Assembly: GCA_964291215.2 (NCBI GenBank)
Contig: OZ219791.1
Location: forward strand, 3,136,001-3,200,000
From: Alphaproteobacteria bacterium
GTDB taxonomy: Bacteria; Pseudomonadota; Alphaproteobacteria; MPNO01; UBA830
Direction of reading: 5' to 3'
Length of the DNA stretch: 64,000 nucleotides
The notes beneath the pieces were generated by a model, which did not search any database, was not told the DNA's origin, and saw only the letters and a program-made list of their open reading frames with translations. How positions within the stretch are numbered: position 1 is the stretch's first letter; each line of letters opens with the position of its first letter. The position numbers were made by a program, and so were the translations under genes. Shown here in pieces: positions 41,290 through 52,842 of this stretch.

Positions 41290-42810
41290 AAATGGAGGGG
41301 TGGAAGAACGAATGGATCGGGGAGACCTACCACCTGAACGCGGCTCGACTGCCTTGCTTCCGGCGGCTGGTCGTCGGCGGGATTCGGAGCCGCGCAGGCA
41401 GCGCCGGGGGGCAAGCAGCTGCGCTCGCTGACATCCCGAGGTCCTGATGGGCAACAATTCGGGGAAAGAGCTGTCGGGGGCCCGGCGATCGGGCGGAAGC
41501 TTGGCTTCGGTTCCGACAGCGTGGACGGCGTCCGGCTGTCGGCGGTCATGTACACGGTCCTGTTCACGGTCGCGAGGAGCGGCTTCGATGTTCTCCGCTG
41601 GTTTGATGCCTGCGCGGAGAACAACGGCCGTCCGTCCGGCGATCTGTCGCCTTGGTTGCCGTGGTCGATGAGCCCGGAGAGGCGGCGGAGATTCGCGGCG
41701 CTGCCGTGAGCGACGAGGTCGAGTGCCGCTACCATGGGCGCGACTTCACGGTCGCGGAGATGCGGGTGCTGCGCGAACTGACGGTCACGGAGCGGAACCG
41801 TTCGGCCATCGCCCGCGCCTTCTGCCGTCGCATCGGCTGGTTCAAGCCCGACGGCGGTCTGAAGAAGATGATGGCGGCGGTCACCTTGCTGAAGATGCAC
41901 CGCGACGGCCTCATCGAGCTGCCGCCGCCAGTCCGCCTCCCGCCGCCCCGGAAGCCGATCACGTTCGGGCCGGACACCGAGCCGCCGCCGCGGCTCGCCG
42001 CCCCGAAGACCCTCGACGAGCTCCGCCCGCTGCGCTTCCTGATCGTGATGGGCGGCACCCGGGAAAGCCGGTTGTGGAACGAGTTCGTCGCCCGATGGCA
42101 CTACCTCGGATATACGCGCCTGGTCGGTGCACAGATGCGCTACGCGGTTTATGACCGGAACGACGAGCCGCTGGCCATGCTCGGCTTCTCGACCGCCGCA
42201 TGGAGACTGGCGCCCCGGGACGCCTTCATCGGATGGACATCGGAGCAGCGCGAAAGGAACCTGCCCCTCGTGATCGACAATCCGAGATACCTGATTCTCC
42301 CATGGGTCACCGTCCCGAATCTCGGCTCCCACATCCTTTCGCTTGTTCGCAAGCGGCTGCCCGTGGACTGGACCAAGCGCTACAACACCACGCCCGTGCT
42401 CTGCGAGACCTTCGTCGAGATCCCGCGCCACAGCGGCGGCGTCTACCGGGCCTCGGGCTGGATCCGCGTTGGAACAACCAAGGGGCGCGGCCGCTACGAC
42501 CGATATAAGAAGGCCGACAAGCCGAAGAAGGACATCTGGCTCTGCCCGCTCCGCAAGGACTGGAAGCGGACCCTCAATCGCTGAACCCTGCAACCGCCAA
42601 CCAGCGCACAGGTTGGCGCTCAGCTCCTCCTCCGCAGCGCCGGGACAAAACCGCAACCAATGCGAAAAACACGGCATGGCGCCAGTGCCCGCCAAACCTC
42701 ACCGCGCATTCCGGTGCACGAAACCGTTTCGGGTAACGCTGGAACTCCCTGACAAAAGCCTGTCAAACGGACGAAAACAACAACACCTCACCGCACGAAC
42801 GAACGCTTAC
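41290..42810 (+). mobile_element. IS66-family remnant with downstream DUF4338 passenger gene
   Basis: TnpC tail MYTVLFT...DLSPWLPWSMSPERR; right end GAACGAACGCTTAC (GTAAGCG IR) at 42810. Confidence 0.75.
41706..42584 (+). CDS. DUF4338 (Druantia DruA-like) domain protein
   Basis: HYLGY..VGAQMRY, GFSTAAWRLAPRDAFIGW, RYLILPWV.VPNLGSHIL, PVLCETFV, YRASGW..VG.TKGRGR; GTGA coupling to tnpC. Confidence 0.9.
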   Translation: MSDEVECRYHGRDFTVAEMRVLRELTVTERNRSAIARAFCRRIGWFKPDGGLKKMMAAVTLLKMHRDGLIELPPPVRLPPPRKPITFGPDTEPPPRLAAPKTLDELRPLRFLIVMGGTRESRLWNEFVARWHYLGYTRLVGAQMRYAVYDRNDEPLAMLGFSTAAWRLAPRDAFIGWTSEQRERNLPLVIDNPRYLILPWVTVPNLGSHILSLVRKRLPVDWTKRYNTTPVLCETFVEIPRHSGGVYRASGWIRVGTTKGRGRYDRYKKADKPKKDIWLCPLRKDWKRTLNR

Positions 42811-43197
42811 ATGTTCCGGGACCCCAGCCTGTTCGTATATCTCCTTGAGGACAAGGGCGAACTGACCGATAGAGTGGTGCTGTTACGTGAGCGAATGGTC
42901 GAACGCAACGACGAACTGCTGACTTCGGCGCTTGTCCTCGGCGAACTTCTCGTCAAGCCCACGGAGGCGGACAACGACTTTCTCGTACGCCGCTACGAGC
43001 AAGCGATCGCGGCCGGCCCGCGCCCGCCGCTGTCGCGATACCGTTCGCCGAGATCGGACCGGCCTCCGGATGCGATCCAACCCGCATGCGCCTCGGTGGT
43101 GGGCGTCGACCTGTTCATCACGAACGACAAACGTCTTAGCCGGAGAGCGGTCCCCGGGATCCAATTCACTCAATCGCTCGAAGTCGTGGTCCTTTGA
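42811..43197 (+). pseudogene. PIN-domain (VapC-like) toxin, 5' end cut by IS66
   Basis: LFVYLLE, TSALVLGELLVKP, PDAIQ.A.A..VDLFITNDKRL. Confidence 0.7.
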
Positions 43198-43461
43198 TCT
43201 CGGGAAGGTCCGCGATGAGCAAGGCCTCTCACGTTCCAGATGGAAGCGTTCGCGATACGAACGCGGATTCGACCGGCGATGGACCGCGGTGGTCGCGTAC
43301 AGGTTTGTGCCGCAGGAACGCCATGCCAGGGTTGCGATCAGGTGGCTCAACCCTCTCGGCGTCGGCCCGTTCTGCCATTCATCGGCACCGGGGCCGCCTG
43401 CAGGTCCGGCAATACATGCACCGACCATGGCGCCGGGATGGCGTCTTCGACCTCGACGGCG

Positions 43462-45150
43462 TCAGCCGGCGGCGAGCGCCGTCTCGCGGATTCCGGAAAG
43501 GGTTGTCGTCGGCAGGACCGTGTCGGCCGGGAGCACGAGTTCGATCAGCGCCGGCCCGTCCGCTGCCAACGCCGCCTCGAAGGCCGGTTCGAATTCTTCC
43601 GTCCGGCGCACCGTTGCACCGGGAATGCCGTGGGCGCGCGCCAGCGCCGCAAAATCCGGATTGACGAGGTCGGTGCCGGAAACGCGGCCCGGATAGTGGC
43701 GTTCCTGGTGCATGCGGATCGTGCCGTAGATCCCATTGTTGACTACGATGAAGATCACCTTCGCGCGCTGCTGCACAGCGCTCGCGATTTCCTGCCCGTT
43801 CATCTGGAAGCAGCCGTCGCCGCTGATCGAGACCACCACCCTGTCGCGATGGCGGATGGCGGCGGATACGCCAGCGGGAACGCCGTAGCCCATGGCGCCG
43901 GCCTGTGGCGCCAGCTGCGTACCGTAGCGCTTGTAGCGGAAATACCGGTGAATCCAGACCGTGTAGTTGCCGGCGCCATTGGCGACGATGGCGTCGTCGG
44001 ACAGGGTCTCGCTGAGCCAGGCGACGATGCGCGCATAGTCGAGAGCGCCCGTTGTGTCGCCGGGTGTGGAAAAGGCGAGATACGCGGCATGCGCAACTAC
44101 GGCCTCGCCGCGCCACGCAGCCGCGACGGGCTCCATGGCCCGGGCCGCCGAACAGAACTCCGCCATGCCGCCGTTGATCGCGAGATCCGGCTGGTAGACC
44201 TTGCCGAGCTCGTCGATTCCGGCAGCGACATGAACGAGGGTCTGGCGCGGCTTGGGGAAGGTGAAGGAGCGGTAGCCGTCGCTGACGATCTCTCCTAGCT
44301 GGGAGCCCAGCACGATCAGGAGGTCGGTGGCATCGATCCGAGCGCGAAGCTGCGGGTCGATGCCCAGCCCGACAACGCCGGCGTAGTTCGGATGGCGATT
44401 GTCGAGGATGTCCTGCCTCCGGAAGGCCGCCGCGACCGGCAGTTCGTTGGCTTCCGCGAAAGCCCTCAGATCGTCGCATGCGCCGGCCGACCAGCCACCT
44501 CCGCCGGCCAGCAGCAACGGCCGCTTAGCGCCTTCCAGAAGCGTTCGCAGCCGCTGCATCTCCTTGCGCCCCGGATGCGGCCGGAGCAGGTGATACGGCC
44601 GGCCATCGCCGGTGTCGGCCCGCTCCGTCTGCATGTCCTCGGGAAGCGCAAGCACCACCGGTCCGGGACGCCCCGATGTTGCAACGTGGAAGGCTCGGCT
44701 CACCATTTCAGGGATGCGGGCGGGGTTGTCGATCTGGGCGACCCATTTCGTCATGACGCCGAACATGCGGCGGAAGTCGATTTCCTGGAACGCCTCGCGC
44801 TCCGTCATGTCGCGGGCGACCTGGCCGAGAAAGAGAATCAGCGGCGTCGAGTCCTGATGCGCCGTATGGATGCCGATCGAGGCGTTGGTCCCCCCGGGGC
44901 CGCGGGTGGCGAAGGCGATGCCCGGCCGGCCGGTCATCTTGCCCCATGCTTCCGCCATGTAGGCGACGCCGCCCTCTTGCCGGCAGACGACGAGGTTGAT
45001 GCTGCTCTGCAGATCGTGGAGTGCGTCCAAGGTCGCGAGATAGCTTTCGCCCGGGACGCAGAAGACGGTATCGACGCCGTGCAGGCGGAGGCAGTCGACG
45101 AGGATCTGTCCGCCGGTCCGGAAGTTGCTGCCGGTTCCCGTGTCGGTCAT
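43462..45150 (-). CDS. Thiamine pyrophosphate-binding enzyme (acetolactate synthase large subunit-like)
   Basis: VPGESYL, RQEGG, TRGPG, SGRPGPV, GDGCFQMNGQE..NNG ThDP motif. Confidence 0.93.
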   Translation of the reverse strand: MTDTGTGSNFRTGGQILVDCLRLHGVDTVFCVPGESYLATLDALHDLQSSINLVVCRQEGGVAYMAEAWGKMTGRPGIAFATRGPGGTNASIGIHTAHQDSTPLILFLGQVARDMTEREAFQEIDFRRMFGVMTKWVAQIDNPARIPEMVSRAFHVATSGRPGPVVLALPEDMQTERADTGDGRPYHLLRPHPGRKEMQRLRTLLEGAKRPLLLAGGGGWSAGACDDLRAFAEANELPVAAAFRRQDILDNRHPNYAGVVGLGIDPQLRARIDATDLLIVLGSQLGEIVSDGYRSFTFPKPRQTLVHVAAGIDELGKVYQPDLAINGGMAEFCSAARAMEPVAAAWRGEAVVAHAAYLAFSTPGDTTGALDYARIVAWLSETLSDDAIVANGAGNYTVWIHRYFRYKRYGTQLAPQAGAMGYGVPAGVSAAIRHRDRVVVSISGDGCFQMNGQEIASAVQQRAKVIFIVVNNGIYGTIRMHQERHYPGRVSGTDLVNPDFAALARAHGIPGATVRRTEEFEPAFEAALAADGPALIELVLPADTVLPTTTLSGIRETALAAG

Positions 45151-45818
45151 CGCCAGGTCTCGATCAACCGGTCAAGAAGTATCGTGTATTGCTGCCTCTT
45201 CGGCTTGTTCCTGTCTTCCTCGTTGACGTAGGAGATCGAGGATTTGCCGAGGAGCGCACGCGGCAGGATCATCACCCGGCAGAATTCGCCGGGCCGGTCA
45301 TCGGGCGCGCGGGCTAGCACCGGCTCGGGCCCGGATTCGAACCAGCAACCGCCGCGAGCGATTTCGTGGGTCTTGCCGCCTGTCTCGACGGTCAGGCGTC
45401 CGTCGAGAAGGTAGCGGATTCCGGGGCCCTGGTGGGTGTGCAGGTAGGCGACGCCCGACGGTGGAATCAGCACCCGGTCGCAGCGAAGGAGAAAGTCGGT
45501 GCCGGATGCAAGGCTGATCCCGGCCGCGAGCTCGAGACGCGATGCGACGTTGGAGCCGGTCGCCGGCATGTCTGCGGGATCGGGACCCACGAGCTCGTAG
45601 CGCAGGAGGTTCGCCGGGGCCTGCCCGGCCACTATCATCGTCTCGCCGCTGCCGAGCCACGCCTCGCCCGCTTCGACGGTGACGGCGGCGCCGGAATGGG
45701 TGATGTCGACGGATGCCGACAGCGGGCAGATTGCCCGCACCGCCGCGGGCAGGGGAGCGGCCAGGGCTGCCCCGGCGGCGAGGCTGTCGCCGTAAAGCCG
45801 CAGTGTATGTGCTGCCAT
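45147..45818 (-). CDS. Cupin-domain protein
   Basis: [25 protein letters not shown]. Confidence 0.85.
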   Translation of the reverse strand: MAAHTLRLYGDSLAAGAALAAPLPAAVRAICPLSASVDITHSGAAVTVEAGEAWLGSGETMIVAGQAPANLLRYELVGPDPADMPATGSNVASRLELAAGISLASGTDFLLRCDRVLIPPSGVAYLHTHQGPGIRYLLDGRLTVETGGKTHEIARGGCWFESGPEPVLARAPDDRPGEFCRVMILPRALLGKSSISYVNEEDRNKPKRQQYTILLDRLIETWR

Positions 45819-45913
45819 GCCGTTGTCCTTCCCGCGGTCGCCGGTTCGTTGACCGTGACGCGCCGGCGGCTATGATGGTGTCCTGCCGCCATACCGTCCC
45901 GGAGTACGAAATC

Positions 45914-47422
45914 GTGAGGAACCATACCCTAAGGGTATACCGTTCGGAAGAACATCTGCCGCGCGAGGGGCAGCTGGCATGGAAGATCGCGGCGGTGGCG
46001 TCGGATCCGGTGGCCGTCGAGGACGACGTTACGGAGATGATCGTCAACAGGATCATCGACAACGCGTCGGTGGCCGTGGCAGCCCTCAACCGGCGGCCGG
46101 TAGCGAACGCGCGCGCGATGGGCATATGTCATCCCCGCGAAGGCGGCGCGACCATATTCGGACTCCCGTCCCGGCGCCGGTTCTCGGCCGAATGGGCGGC
46201 ATGGGCCAATGGCACGGCGGTGCGCGAGCTCGACTACCACGACACGTTCCTCGCCGCCGACTATTCCCATCCCGGCGACAATATCCCGCCGATTCTGGCA
46301 GTCGCCCAGCAGAAGGGGTGCAGCGGTCGCGACCTCGTTCGCGGCATCGCGACCGCATACGAGATCCAGGTCGACCTTGTGAAGGGCATCTGCCTGCATG
46401 CCCGCAAGATCGATCACATCGCCCATATCGGACCATCCGCCGCGGCCGGCATTGGTACGCTGCTCGGACTCGACGCGTCCTGCATCTACCAGGCCGTGCA
46501 GCAGGGGCTGCATGTGACCTGTACTACCCGCCAGTCCCGCAAGGGCGAGATCTCGAGCTGGAAGGCCTATGCGCCCGCGCATGCGGGAAAGCTCGCGATC
46601 GAGGCGGTCGACCGCTGCATGCGCGGCGAGGGTGCTCCGTCGCCGATCTACGAGGGCGAGGACAGCGTCCTCGCCTGGATGCTTGACGCAGGTAATCGCG
46701 AATATGTGGTTCCGCTTCCTGAGCCGGGCGAGCCCAAGCGCGCAATCCTTGAGACCTACACCAAGGAGCATTCGGCCGAATACCAGAGCCAGGCGCTCAT
46801 AGATCTCGCGCGGAGAATGGGTGCACGAATAGCGAATGCCGATTCCGTCGAGAATATCGTCATCCACACCAGCCACCATACCCACAACGTGATCGGCACC
46901 GGCGCCGGCGATCCACAGAAGATGGATCCCGGGGCGAGCCGCGAGACGCTCGACCATTCGATCATGTACATCTTCGCCGTCGCGCTCCAGGACCGTGCTT
47001 GGCACCATGTACGGTCCTATGCTCCGGAAAGGGCGCAGCGCGCCGATACCGTCCGCCTGTGGCACAAGGTATCCACGGTCGAGGATCCGGTATGGACCGA
47101 ACGCTACCATGATCCCGATCCCGGGCGGCGCGCTTTCGGAGGAAGGGTCGTGATCACGATGAAGAACGGCGATATTCTCGAAGACGAGCTTGCGGTGGCC
47201 GACGCGCATCCCGCCGGGGCGCGGCCGTTCGCTCGCGACGACTATATCGGAAAATTCAATGTCTTGACGCAGGATCTCGTGTCTGAAAAGGAACGACAGC
47301 GGTTCCTTGAGGCGGCGTACCGGCTGCCCGAGCTGTCGGCATCCGAACTCGGTGCCCTCAACGTGACCCTGGATCTTGCTGAACTCTCCTCCGCCGAGCC
47401 CGACGGACGGGGAATCTTCTGA
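45914..47422 (+). CDS. prpD: 2-methylcitrate dehydratase (MmgE/PrpD)
   Basis: [52 protein letters not shown]; GTG start after GGAG. Confidence 0.93.
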   Translation: MRNHTLRVYRSEEHLPREGQLAWKIAAVASDPVAVEDDVTEMIVNRIIDNASVAVAALNRRPVANARAMGICHPREGGATIFGLPSRRRFSAEWAAWANGTAVRELDYHDTFLAADYSHPGDNIPPILAVAQQKGCSGRDLVRGIATAYEIQVDLVKGICLHARKIDHIAHIGPSAAAGIGTLLGLDASCIYQAVQQGLHVTCTTRQSRKGEISSWKAYAPAHAGKLAIEAVDRCMRGEGAPSPIYEGEDSVLAWMLDAGNREYVVPLPEPGEPKRAILETYTKEHSAEYQSQALIDLARRMGARIANADSVENIVIHTSHHTHNVIGTGAGDPQKMDPGASRETLDHSIMYIFAVALQDRAWHHVRSYAPERAQRADTVRLWHKVSTVEDPVWTERYHDPDPGRRAFGGRVVITMKNGDILEDELAVADAHPAGARPFARDDYIGKFNVLTQDLVSEKERQRFLEAAYRLPELSASELGALNVTLDLAELSSAEPDGRGIF

Positions 47423-48318
47423 TGCTGTTTCCCGTCAAGAGCGGTGCCGAGAAGAGGGCCGACCTCCGCGCCGCCCTTGCGTCGGGCCGGCTTCTCCGCT
47501 TTCCGGGCGCCCACGCGCCGATCGTGTCGCTGGTCATTGAGGAGCAGGGCTTCGACGGCGTCTACATATCGGGGGCCGCGCTCTCGGCTGATCTTGGATT
47601 GCCGGACATCGGACTTACCACCCTCGGCGAGGTGACCCAGCGCGGCCGCCAGATCGCGCGGGTCACCAGCCTGCCGGCGCTGATCGACGTCGATACCGGT
47701 TTCGGGGAGCCGCTCAATGCGGCCCGGACCGTTCAGGAGCTTGAGGAGCTCGGGATCGCGGGCTGCCATCTTGAGGACCAGGTCAATCCCAAGCGGTGCG
47801 GTCATCTTGACAACAAGACCATCGTGCCGACCGGCGAGATGGTGATGAAGATCAGGGCTGCCGCGAACGCGCGGCGCGACCCCAACTTCCTCCTGATGGC
47901 GCGCACCGACGCCCGCGCCTCTGAGGGGCTCGAGGCCGCGCTCGAGCGCGCCCGCGCCTACGTCGATGCCGGTGCGGACGCGATTTTTCCCGAAGCGCTG
48001 CAGGACGTGTCCGAATACGAGCGGACGCGCAGGGAGCTCGGCGACGTGCTGCTCTTGGCGAACCTCACGGAGTTCGGCAAGACGCCGCTCCTGACGGCGG
48101 ACGAGCTTGAGGAGCTTGGATTCAACATCGTCATCTACCCGGTATCGTCGCTGCGCCTCGCGATGAAGGCGGTGGAGGACGGTCTCGCGGAACTGAAGGA
48201 CCGAGGGACGCAGAAGGGGCTCGTCGAGCACATGCAGACCCGCAAGCGCCTCTACGAACTCATCCGCTACGAGCAGTACAACCGCTTCGACAGCGACATC
48301 TACGATTTCAGGATCTGA
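47422..48318 (+). CDS. prpB: Methylisocitrate lyase
   Basis: GLPDIG, DVDTGFG, EDQVNPKRCGHL, ARTDA. Confidence 0.95.
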   Translation: MLFPVKSGAEKRADLRAALASGRLLRFPGAHAPIVSLVIEEQGFDGVYISGAALSADLGLPDIGLTTLGEVTQRGRQIARVTSLPALIDVDTGFGEPLNAARTVQELEELGIAGCHLEDQVNPKRCGHLDNKTIVPTGEMVMKIRAAANARRDPNFLLMARTDARASEGLEAALERARAYVDAGADAIFPEALQDVSEYERTRRELGDVLLLANLTEFGKTPLLTADELEELGFNIVIYPVSSLRLAMKAVEDGLAELKDRGTQKGLVEHMQTRKRLYELIRYEQYNRFDSDIYDFRI

Positions 48319-48334
48319 CAGGGGGGCAACCGAA

Positions 48335-49510
48335 ATGGCAGCACGATCAGCCCGGAAGGCAGGGACAGGCAGGTCGCGCAAGCCGGCGGAGCCCGTGATC
48401 CACAAGGGCCTCGCCGGGATCACCGTCGACACCACCTCGGTTTCCAAGGTCGTGCCGGAGACCAATTCGCTGACCTATCGCGGCTATGCGGTGCAGGACC
48501 TTGCCGCCAAGTGCCGTTTCGAGGAGGTTGCGTACCTGATTCTCCATGGCGAGCTTCCCAACCACCGCCAGTACCGGGCGTTCGTCGCCGACGAACGCCG
48601 CCGCCGGGAGCTGACGCGTCCGCACCTTGAGGTCATCAGGCAGTTTCCGAAATCCGCGCACCCCATGGACACGTTGCGCACCGCGGTCAGCTGTCTCGGC
48701 ACGACGGAAACCGCGTGGGGCGGTGAGCCGCGGGAACGCGACCTCGACCGGACGATGAACCTGCTCGCCAAGATCCCGACGATGATTGCCGCCGACTACC
48801 GCTTTCGCAAGGGACAGACGCGCAGGCGTCCGCGCGACGACCTTTCGTTTTCGGAGAATTTCTTTCACATGTGCTTCGGCAAGGTGCCGCCGGCAAAAGT
48901 CATTCGGGCGTTCGACACCTCCCTGATCCTCTATGCCGAACACAGCTTCAACGCGTCGACCTTCACCGCCCGCGTGATCACCTCTTCGCGGTCCGACATC
49001 TACAGCGCCGTGACCGGTGCGATCGGTTCGCTCAAGGGGCCGCTGCACGGCGGCGCCAACGAAGCCGTCATGCACAATCTCCTTGAGATTGCTGCGCCCG
49101 AGCGCGCGGAGTCGTGGCTGCGCGAGCGGTTCGCGGCGAAGGATCTGGTAATGGGGTTTGGGCACCGCGTCTACAAGCAGGGCGATTCGCGGGTCCCGAC
49201 CATGCGCGCTGCGCTGGAGGACCTCACCGCGTGGAGCGGCGACGGCCGTTGGGTCGAAATATCGGACATTCTCCAGGGCATCATGATCGGGGAGAAGGGT
49301 ATTCATCCGAATCTCGATTTTCCCGCCGGTCCCGCTTACTACCTGATGGGCTTCGACATCGACATGTACACGCCGATCTTCGTCATGAGCAGGATCACCG
49401 GCTGGGCCGCGCATGTCCTCGAGCAGAATGCCGACAACAGCCTGATCCGGCCGCTCAGCGCTTATGGCGGCATCAGCCAGCGCGAGGTCAAGCCGATTTC
49501 ACGGCGCTGA
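48335..49510 (+). CDS. prpC: 2-methylcitrate synthase
   Basis: LTYRGY, YAEHSFNASTF, GPLHGGANE, MGFGHRVYK, PNLDF; located in prp operon. Confidence 0.92.
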   Translation: MAARSARKAGTGRSRKPAEPVIHKGLAGITVDTTSVSKVVPETNSLTYRGYAVQDLAAKCRFEEVAYLILHGELPNHRQYRAFVADERRRRELTRPHLEVIRQFPKSAHPMDTLRTAVSCLGTTETAWGGEPRERDLDRTMNLLAKIPTMIAADYRFRKGQTRRRPRDDLSFSENFFHMCFGKVPPAKVIRAFDTSLILYAEHSFNASTFTARVITSSRSDIYSAVTGAIGSLKGPLHGGANEAVMHNLLEIAAPERAESWLRERFAAKDLVMGFGHRVYKQGDSRVPTMRAALEDLTAWSGDGRWVEISDILQGIMIGEKGIHPNLDFPAGPAYYLMGFDIDMYTPIFVMSRITGWAAHVLEQNADNSLIRPLSAYGGISQREVKPISRR

Positions 49511-49573
49511 GTCGTTGCCGCCGGCGCGGCGATCGCATATCTTCGCGCGCCGCCACAGAGGAAGCGTCCCGCC

Positions 49574-50887
49574 ATGCGGATGTCCGCCTATTTCCTGCCG
49601 ACCCTGAAGGAGGATCCAGCCGAGGCGCAGATCGTGTCGCATCGGCTGATGCTGCGTGCCGGCATGATCCGCCAGTCCAGTGCGGGCATTTATTCCTGGC
49701 TGCCGCTTGGCCTCAGGGTGCTGCGCCAGATCGAGCGCATCGTGCGGGAGGAACAGGATCGGGCGGGGTGTCAGGAAGTGCTGATGCCGACGATTCAGCC
49801 CGCCGATCTGTGGCGCGAAAGCGGGCGCTATGACGATTACGGCGCCGAGATGCTCCGTATCCGCGACCGTCACGATCGTGAGATGCTCTACGGGCCGACC
49901 AACGAGGAGCAGATTACCGAGATCGTTCGCGCACACGCCCGGAGCTACAAGGACTTTCCCAAGGTATTTTACCACATACAGTGGAAGTTCCGCGACGAAG
50001 TGCGCCCCCGTTTCGGCGTCATGCGGGGCCGCGAGTTCCTGATGAAGGACGCCTACTCCTTCGATCTCGACGCCGCGGGTGCCCGGAGCGCCTACAACAG
50101 GATGTTTGTCTCCTACCTGCGCACCTTCGCCCGCATGGGGTTGAAGACGATTCCCATGGCCGCCGATACCGGACCGATCGGTGGCGATCTCAGCCATGAA
50201 TTCATCGTTCTCGCCGAGACCGGCGAGAGCGATGTCTATTGCCACCGCAAGCTCCTCGAATTCGACGTGCTCGACCAGGAGATCGACTACGGGTCCGATC
50301 TGCAACCTCTGGTCGACCGCTGGACAGGCCTTTACGCGGCGACGGACGACCTCCATGACGAGGCGGCAGGCCGCGAACTCGGAGAAGACCTGGTGACTGC
50401 GCGGGGCATCGAGGTCGGCCACATCTTCTATTTCGGGACCAAGTATTCGCAGACGATGAACGCCGCCGTCAGCGGCCCCGACGGCACCGAGGTCTTTCCC
50501 GAAATGGGGTCCTACGGGATCGGCGTCTCGCGTCTCGCCGGCGCGCTGATCGAGGCGTTCCACGACGACGCCGGGATCGTGTGGCCGGCTGCCGTGGCGC
50601 CGTTCGGGGTGGGGCTGACAAACCTCAGGGTCGGCGATGCGGCGTGTGATGAAGCCTGCCAGCGGCTCTATGGCGAGCTCCAGGCCGCCGGGCTCGACCC
50701 CCTCTATGACGACCGCGAGGAACGCGCCGGCACCAAGTTCGCGGACATGGACCTTATCGGACTGCCATGGCAGCTCATCGTCGGCCCAAGGGGCATTGCG
50801 CACGGGACTGTCGAACTGAAGAATCGCGCTACCGGCGAGCGCCAGGAACTGTCTTCCGAATCTGCCTTGGCCCGACTGGCTCAATGA
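49574..50887 (+). CDS. proS: Proline--tRNA ligase
   Basis: [51 protein letters not shown]. Confidence 0.98.
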   Translation: MRMSAYFLPTLKEDPAEAQIVSHRLMLRAGMIRQSSAGIYSWLPLGLRVLRQIERIVREEQDRAGCQEVLMPTIQPADLWRESGRYDDYGAEMLRIRDRHDREMLYGPTNEEQITEIVRAHARSYKDFPKVFYHIQWKFRDEVRPRFGVMRGREFLMKDAYSFDLDAAGARSAYNRMFVSYLRTFARMGLKTIPMAADTGPIGGDLSHEFIVLAETGESDVYCHRKLLEFDVLDQEIDYGSDLQPLVDRWTGLYAATDDLHDEAAGRELGEDLVTARGIEVGHIFYFGTKYSQTMNAAVSGPDGTEVFPEMGSYGIGVSRLAGALIEAFHDDAGIVWPAAVAPFGVGLTNLRVGDAACDEACQRLYGELQAAGLDPLYDDREERAGTKFADMDLIGLPWQLIVGPRGIAHGTVELKNRATGERQELSSESALARLAQ

Positions 50888-52134
50888 TTTTCGGCGCCTT
50901 CGAGAGGATGGTCGCGTTCCGCTATTTGCGCGCGCGCCGTGAACGGGGCTTCATTTCTGTCATCGCCGGGTTCTCGCTTGCCGGCATCGCGCTTGGCGTG
51001 GCCACCCTGATCATCGTCATGTCCGTCATGAACGGGTTCCGTGTCGAGCTGATGCACCGGATTCTGGGGCTGAATGGCCATCTCGCAGCATCCAGCGCGG
51101 TTGGGAGGACATTGCCGGATTTTGACTCGCTGGTGCGCGAGATCATGGCGCTTGATGGTGTGCGCCAGGTAATTCCGACGGTCGGAGGCCAGGTTCTGGC
51201 AACCGCCAACGGCGTTGCCGGGGGCGCCGTCGTCCGCGGCGTTCCGCCGGACGATCTCCGGGCCCGCGCCATCATCTCGGACAACATTCGTGAGGGATCC
51301 CTTCGCGACTTCGAGGGCAGAAACGCGGTCATCGTCGGCACCCGTTTCGCCAGCAAGTTCGGTGTCCGTCCGGGTGACCGCATCAGGCTGGTGTCTCCTC
51401 AGTCCGCCAGCACCGCTTTTGGCTCGGTGCCGCGCGTTGGGCGCTTTACGGTGGTCGCGCTGTTCGATGTCGGGATGCACGAATACGATTCGGCCTTTGT
51501 CTTCATGCCGCTCGCGGCAGCGCAGAGATATTTCCGCACCGGCCCCGAGGTGACGAGCCTGGAGATCTTCCTCGACGATCCCGATGGCGTCCCGACCGTC
51601 AGGCCGAAGCTTCCCCTGTCCGGCGGAAAACCGCTCAGGGTCGTCGACTGGCAGCGCGCCAATGACAGCTTCTTCAACGCCATCGAGGTCGAGCGCAACG
51701 TCATGTTCCTGATCCTGACCCTGATCATACTCGTCGCCGCCTTCAACATCATTTCGAGCCTGATAATGTTGGTGAAGGACAAGGGTCGGGATATCGCGAT
51801 CCTGCGCACCATGGGTGCGACGCGGGGCATGATCCTGCGTATCTTCCTGCTTGCCGGCGCGTCGGTCGGCATCCTTGGCACCGCGGTGGGCTTCGTGCTC
51901 GGCATCGCCTTTGCAGACAATATCGAGACCATCCGGCAATGGCTGCAATCGCTGACCGGGACTGAACTGTTTGCCGCGGAGATCTACTTTCTGTCGCAAT
52001 TGCCGTCGGTCCTGCTCGCAGAAGATGTCATTGGCGTGGTAGCGATGTCACTTTGCCTGTCGGTTCTCGCGACGCTCTATCCCGCCTGGCGGGCGGCGCG
52101 GCTCGATCCCGTCGAGGCGTTGCGCTATGAGTGA
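50884..52134 (+). CDS. lolE: Lipoprotein-releasing ABC transporter permease LolC/E
   Basis: [59 protein letters not shown]. Confidence 0.95.
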   Translation: MIFGAFERMVAFRYLRARRERGFISVIAGFSLAGIALGVATLIIVMSVMNGFRVELMHRILGLNGHLAASSAVGRTLPDFDSLVREIMALDGVRQVIPTVGGQVLATANGVAGGAVVRGVPPDDLRARAIISDNIREGSLRDFEGRNAVIVGTRFASKFGVRPGDRIRLVSPQSASTAFGSVPRVGRFTVVALFDVGMHEYDSAFVFMPLAAAQRYFRTGPEVTSLEIFLDDPDGVPTVRPKLPLSGGKPLRVVDWQRANDSFFNAIEVERNVMFLILTLIILVAAFNIISSLIMLVKDKGRDIAILRTMGATRGMILRIFLLAGASVGILGTAVGFVLGIAFADNIETIRQWLQSLTGTELFAAEIYFLSQLPSVLLAEDVIGVVAMSLCLSVLATLYPAWRAARLDPVEALRYE

Positions 52135-52807
52135 CGCCGTCCTCGAATTGCGGGACATTGTCCGGACTTTCCGCCAGGGCGAAGACAGGCTCGAGGTCCT
52201 GTGCGGGGCGTCGCTTCATGTCGCCGCGGGCGAGATCGTTGCACTGACAGGACCCTCGGGTGCCGGAAAGTCGACGTTTCTCCATGTCGCCGGGCTTCTC
52301 GAGCGCCCGGATGCGGGAGAGGTCGTCGTCAGGGGCGAGGCATGCGGCAGGCTGTCGGATGACGAGCGCACCACGCTACGGCGGCGGTCGATAGGATTCG
52401 TCTATCAGTTTCATCATCTGTTGCCCGAATTTACGGCTCTCGAGAACCTCGTGCTGCCACAGATGATTGCCGGTGTTGGCAGGGCGGCGGCCGGTCGCCG
52501 GGCACAGGAAATGCTGGAGATGACAGGCATCGCCGAGAGGGCGCGCCACCGGCCCGCGGAGATGTCCGGAGGACAGCAGCAGCGCGTGGCCATCGCCCGC
52601 GCCTTCGCCAATCAACCGGAGATACTGATAGCGGACGAACCCACCGGCAATCTTGATCAGGAAACCGCCGATCGAATGTTCGGGCTCCTGCTCGATCTGG
52701 TTCGCGGGCAAGGAGTAGGCGCGCTGGTTGCGACCCACAATCCCGAGCTGGCCGCGCGCATGGACCGGGAATTGACGGTGCGGAATGGCGCGTTGGAGGA
52801 GGCTTGA
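52127..52807 (+). CDS. lolD: Lipoprotein-releasing ABC transporter ATPase
   Basis: GPSGAGKST, GFVYQFHHLLPEFTALEN, ADEPTGNLD. Confidence 0.95.
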   Translation: MSDAVLELRDIVRTFRQGEDRLEVLCGASLHVAAGEIVALTGPSGAGKSTFLHVAGLLERPDAGEVVVRGEACGRLSDDERTTLRRRSIGFVYQFHHLLPEFTALENLVLPQMIAGVGRAAAGRRAQEMLEMTGIAERARHRPAEMSGGQQQRVAIARAFANQPEILIADEPTGNLDQETADRMFGLLLDLVRGQGVGALVATHNPELAARMDRELTVRNGALEEA

Positions 52808-52842
52808 GCGACCGGCGGGACAAGTTGCAGGAGGGCGGTTTG

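Noticed and set aside
41706-42584. Complete Druantia system
   Set aside because: No DruE helicase or other dru genes adjacent; the gene lies within IS66 ends.
40791-42695. 634-aa minus-strand ORF
   Set aside because: Shadow of DUF4338 plus IS remnants.
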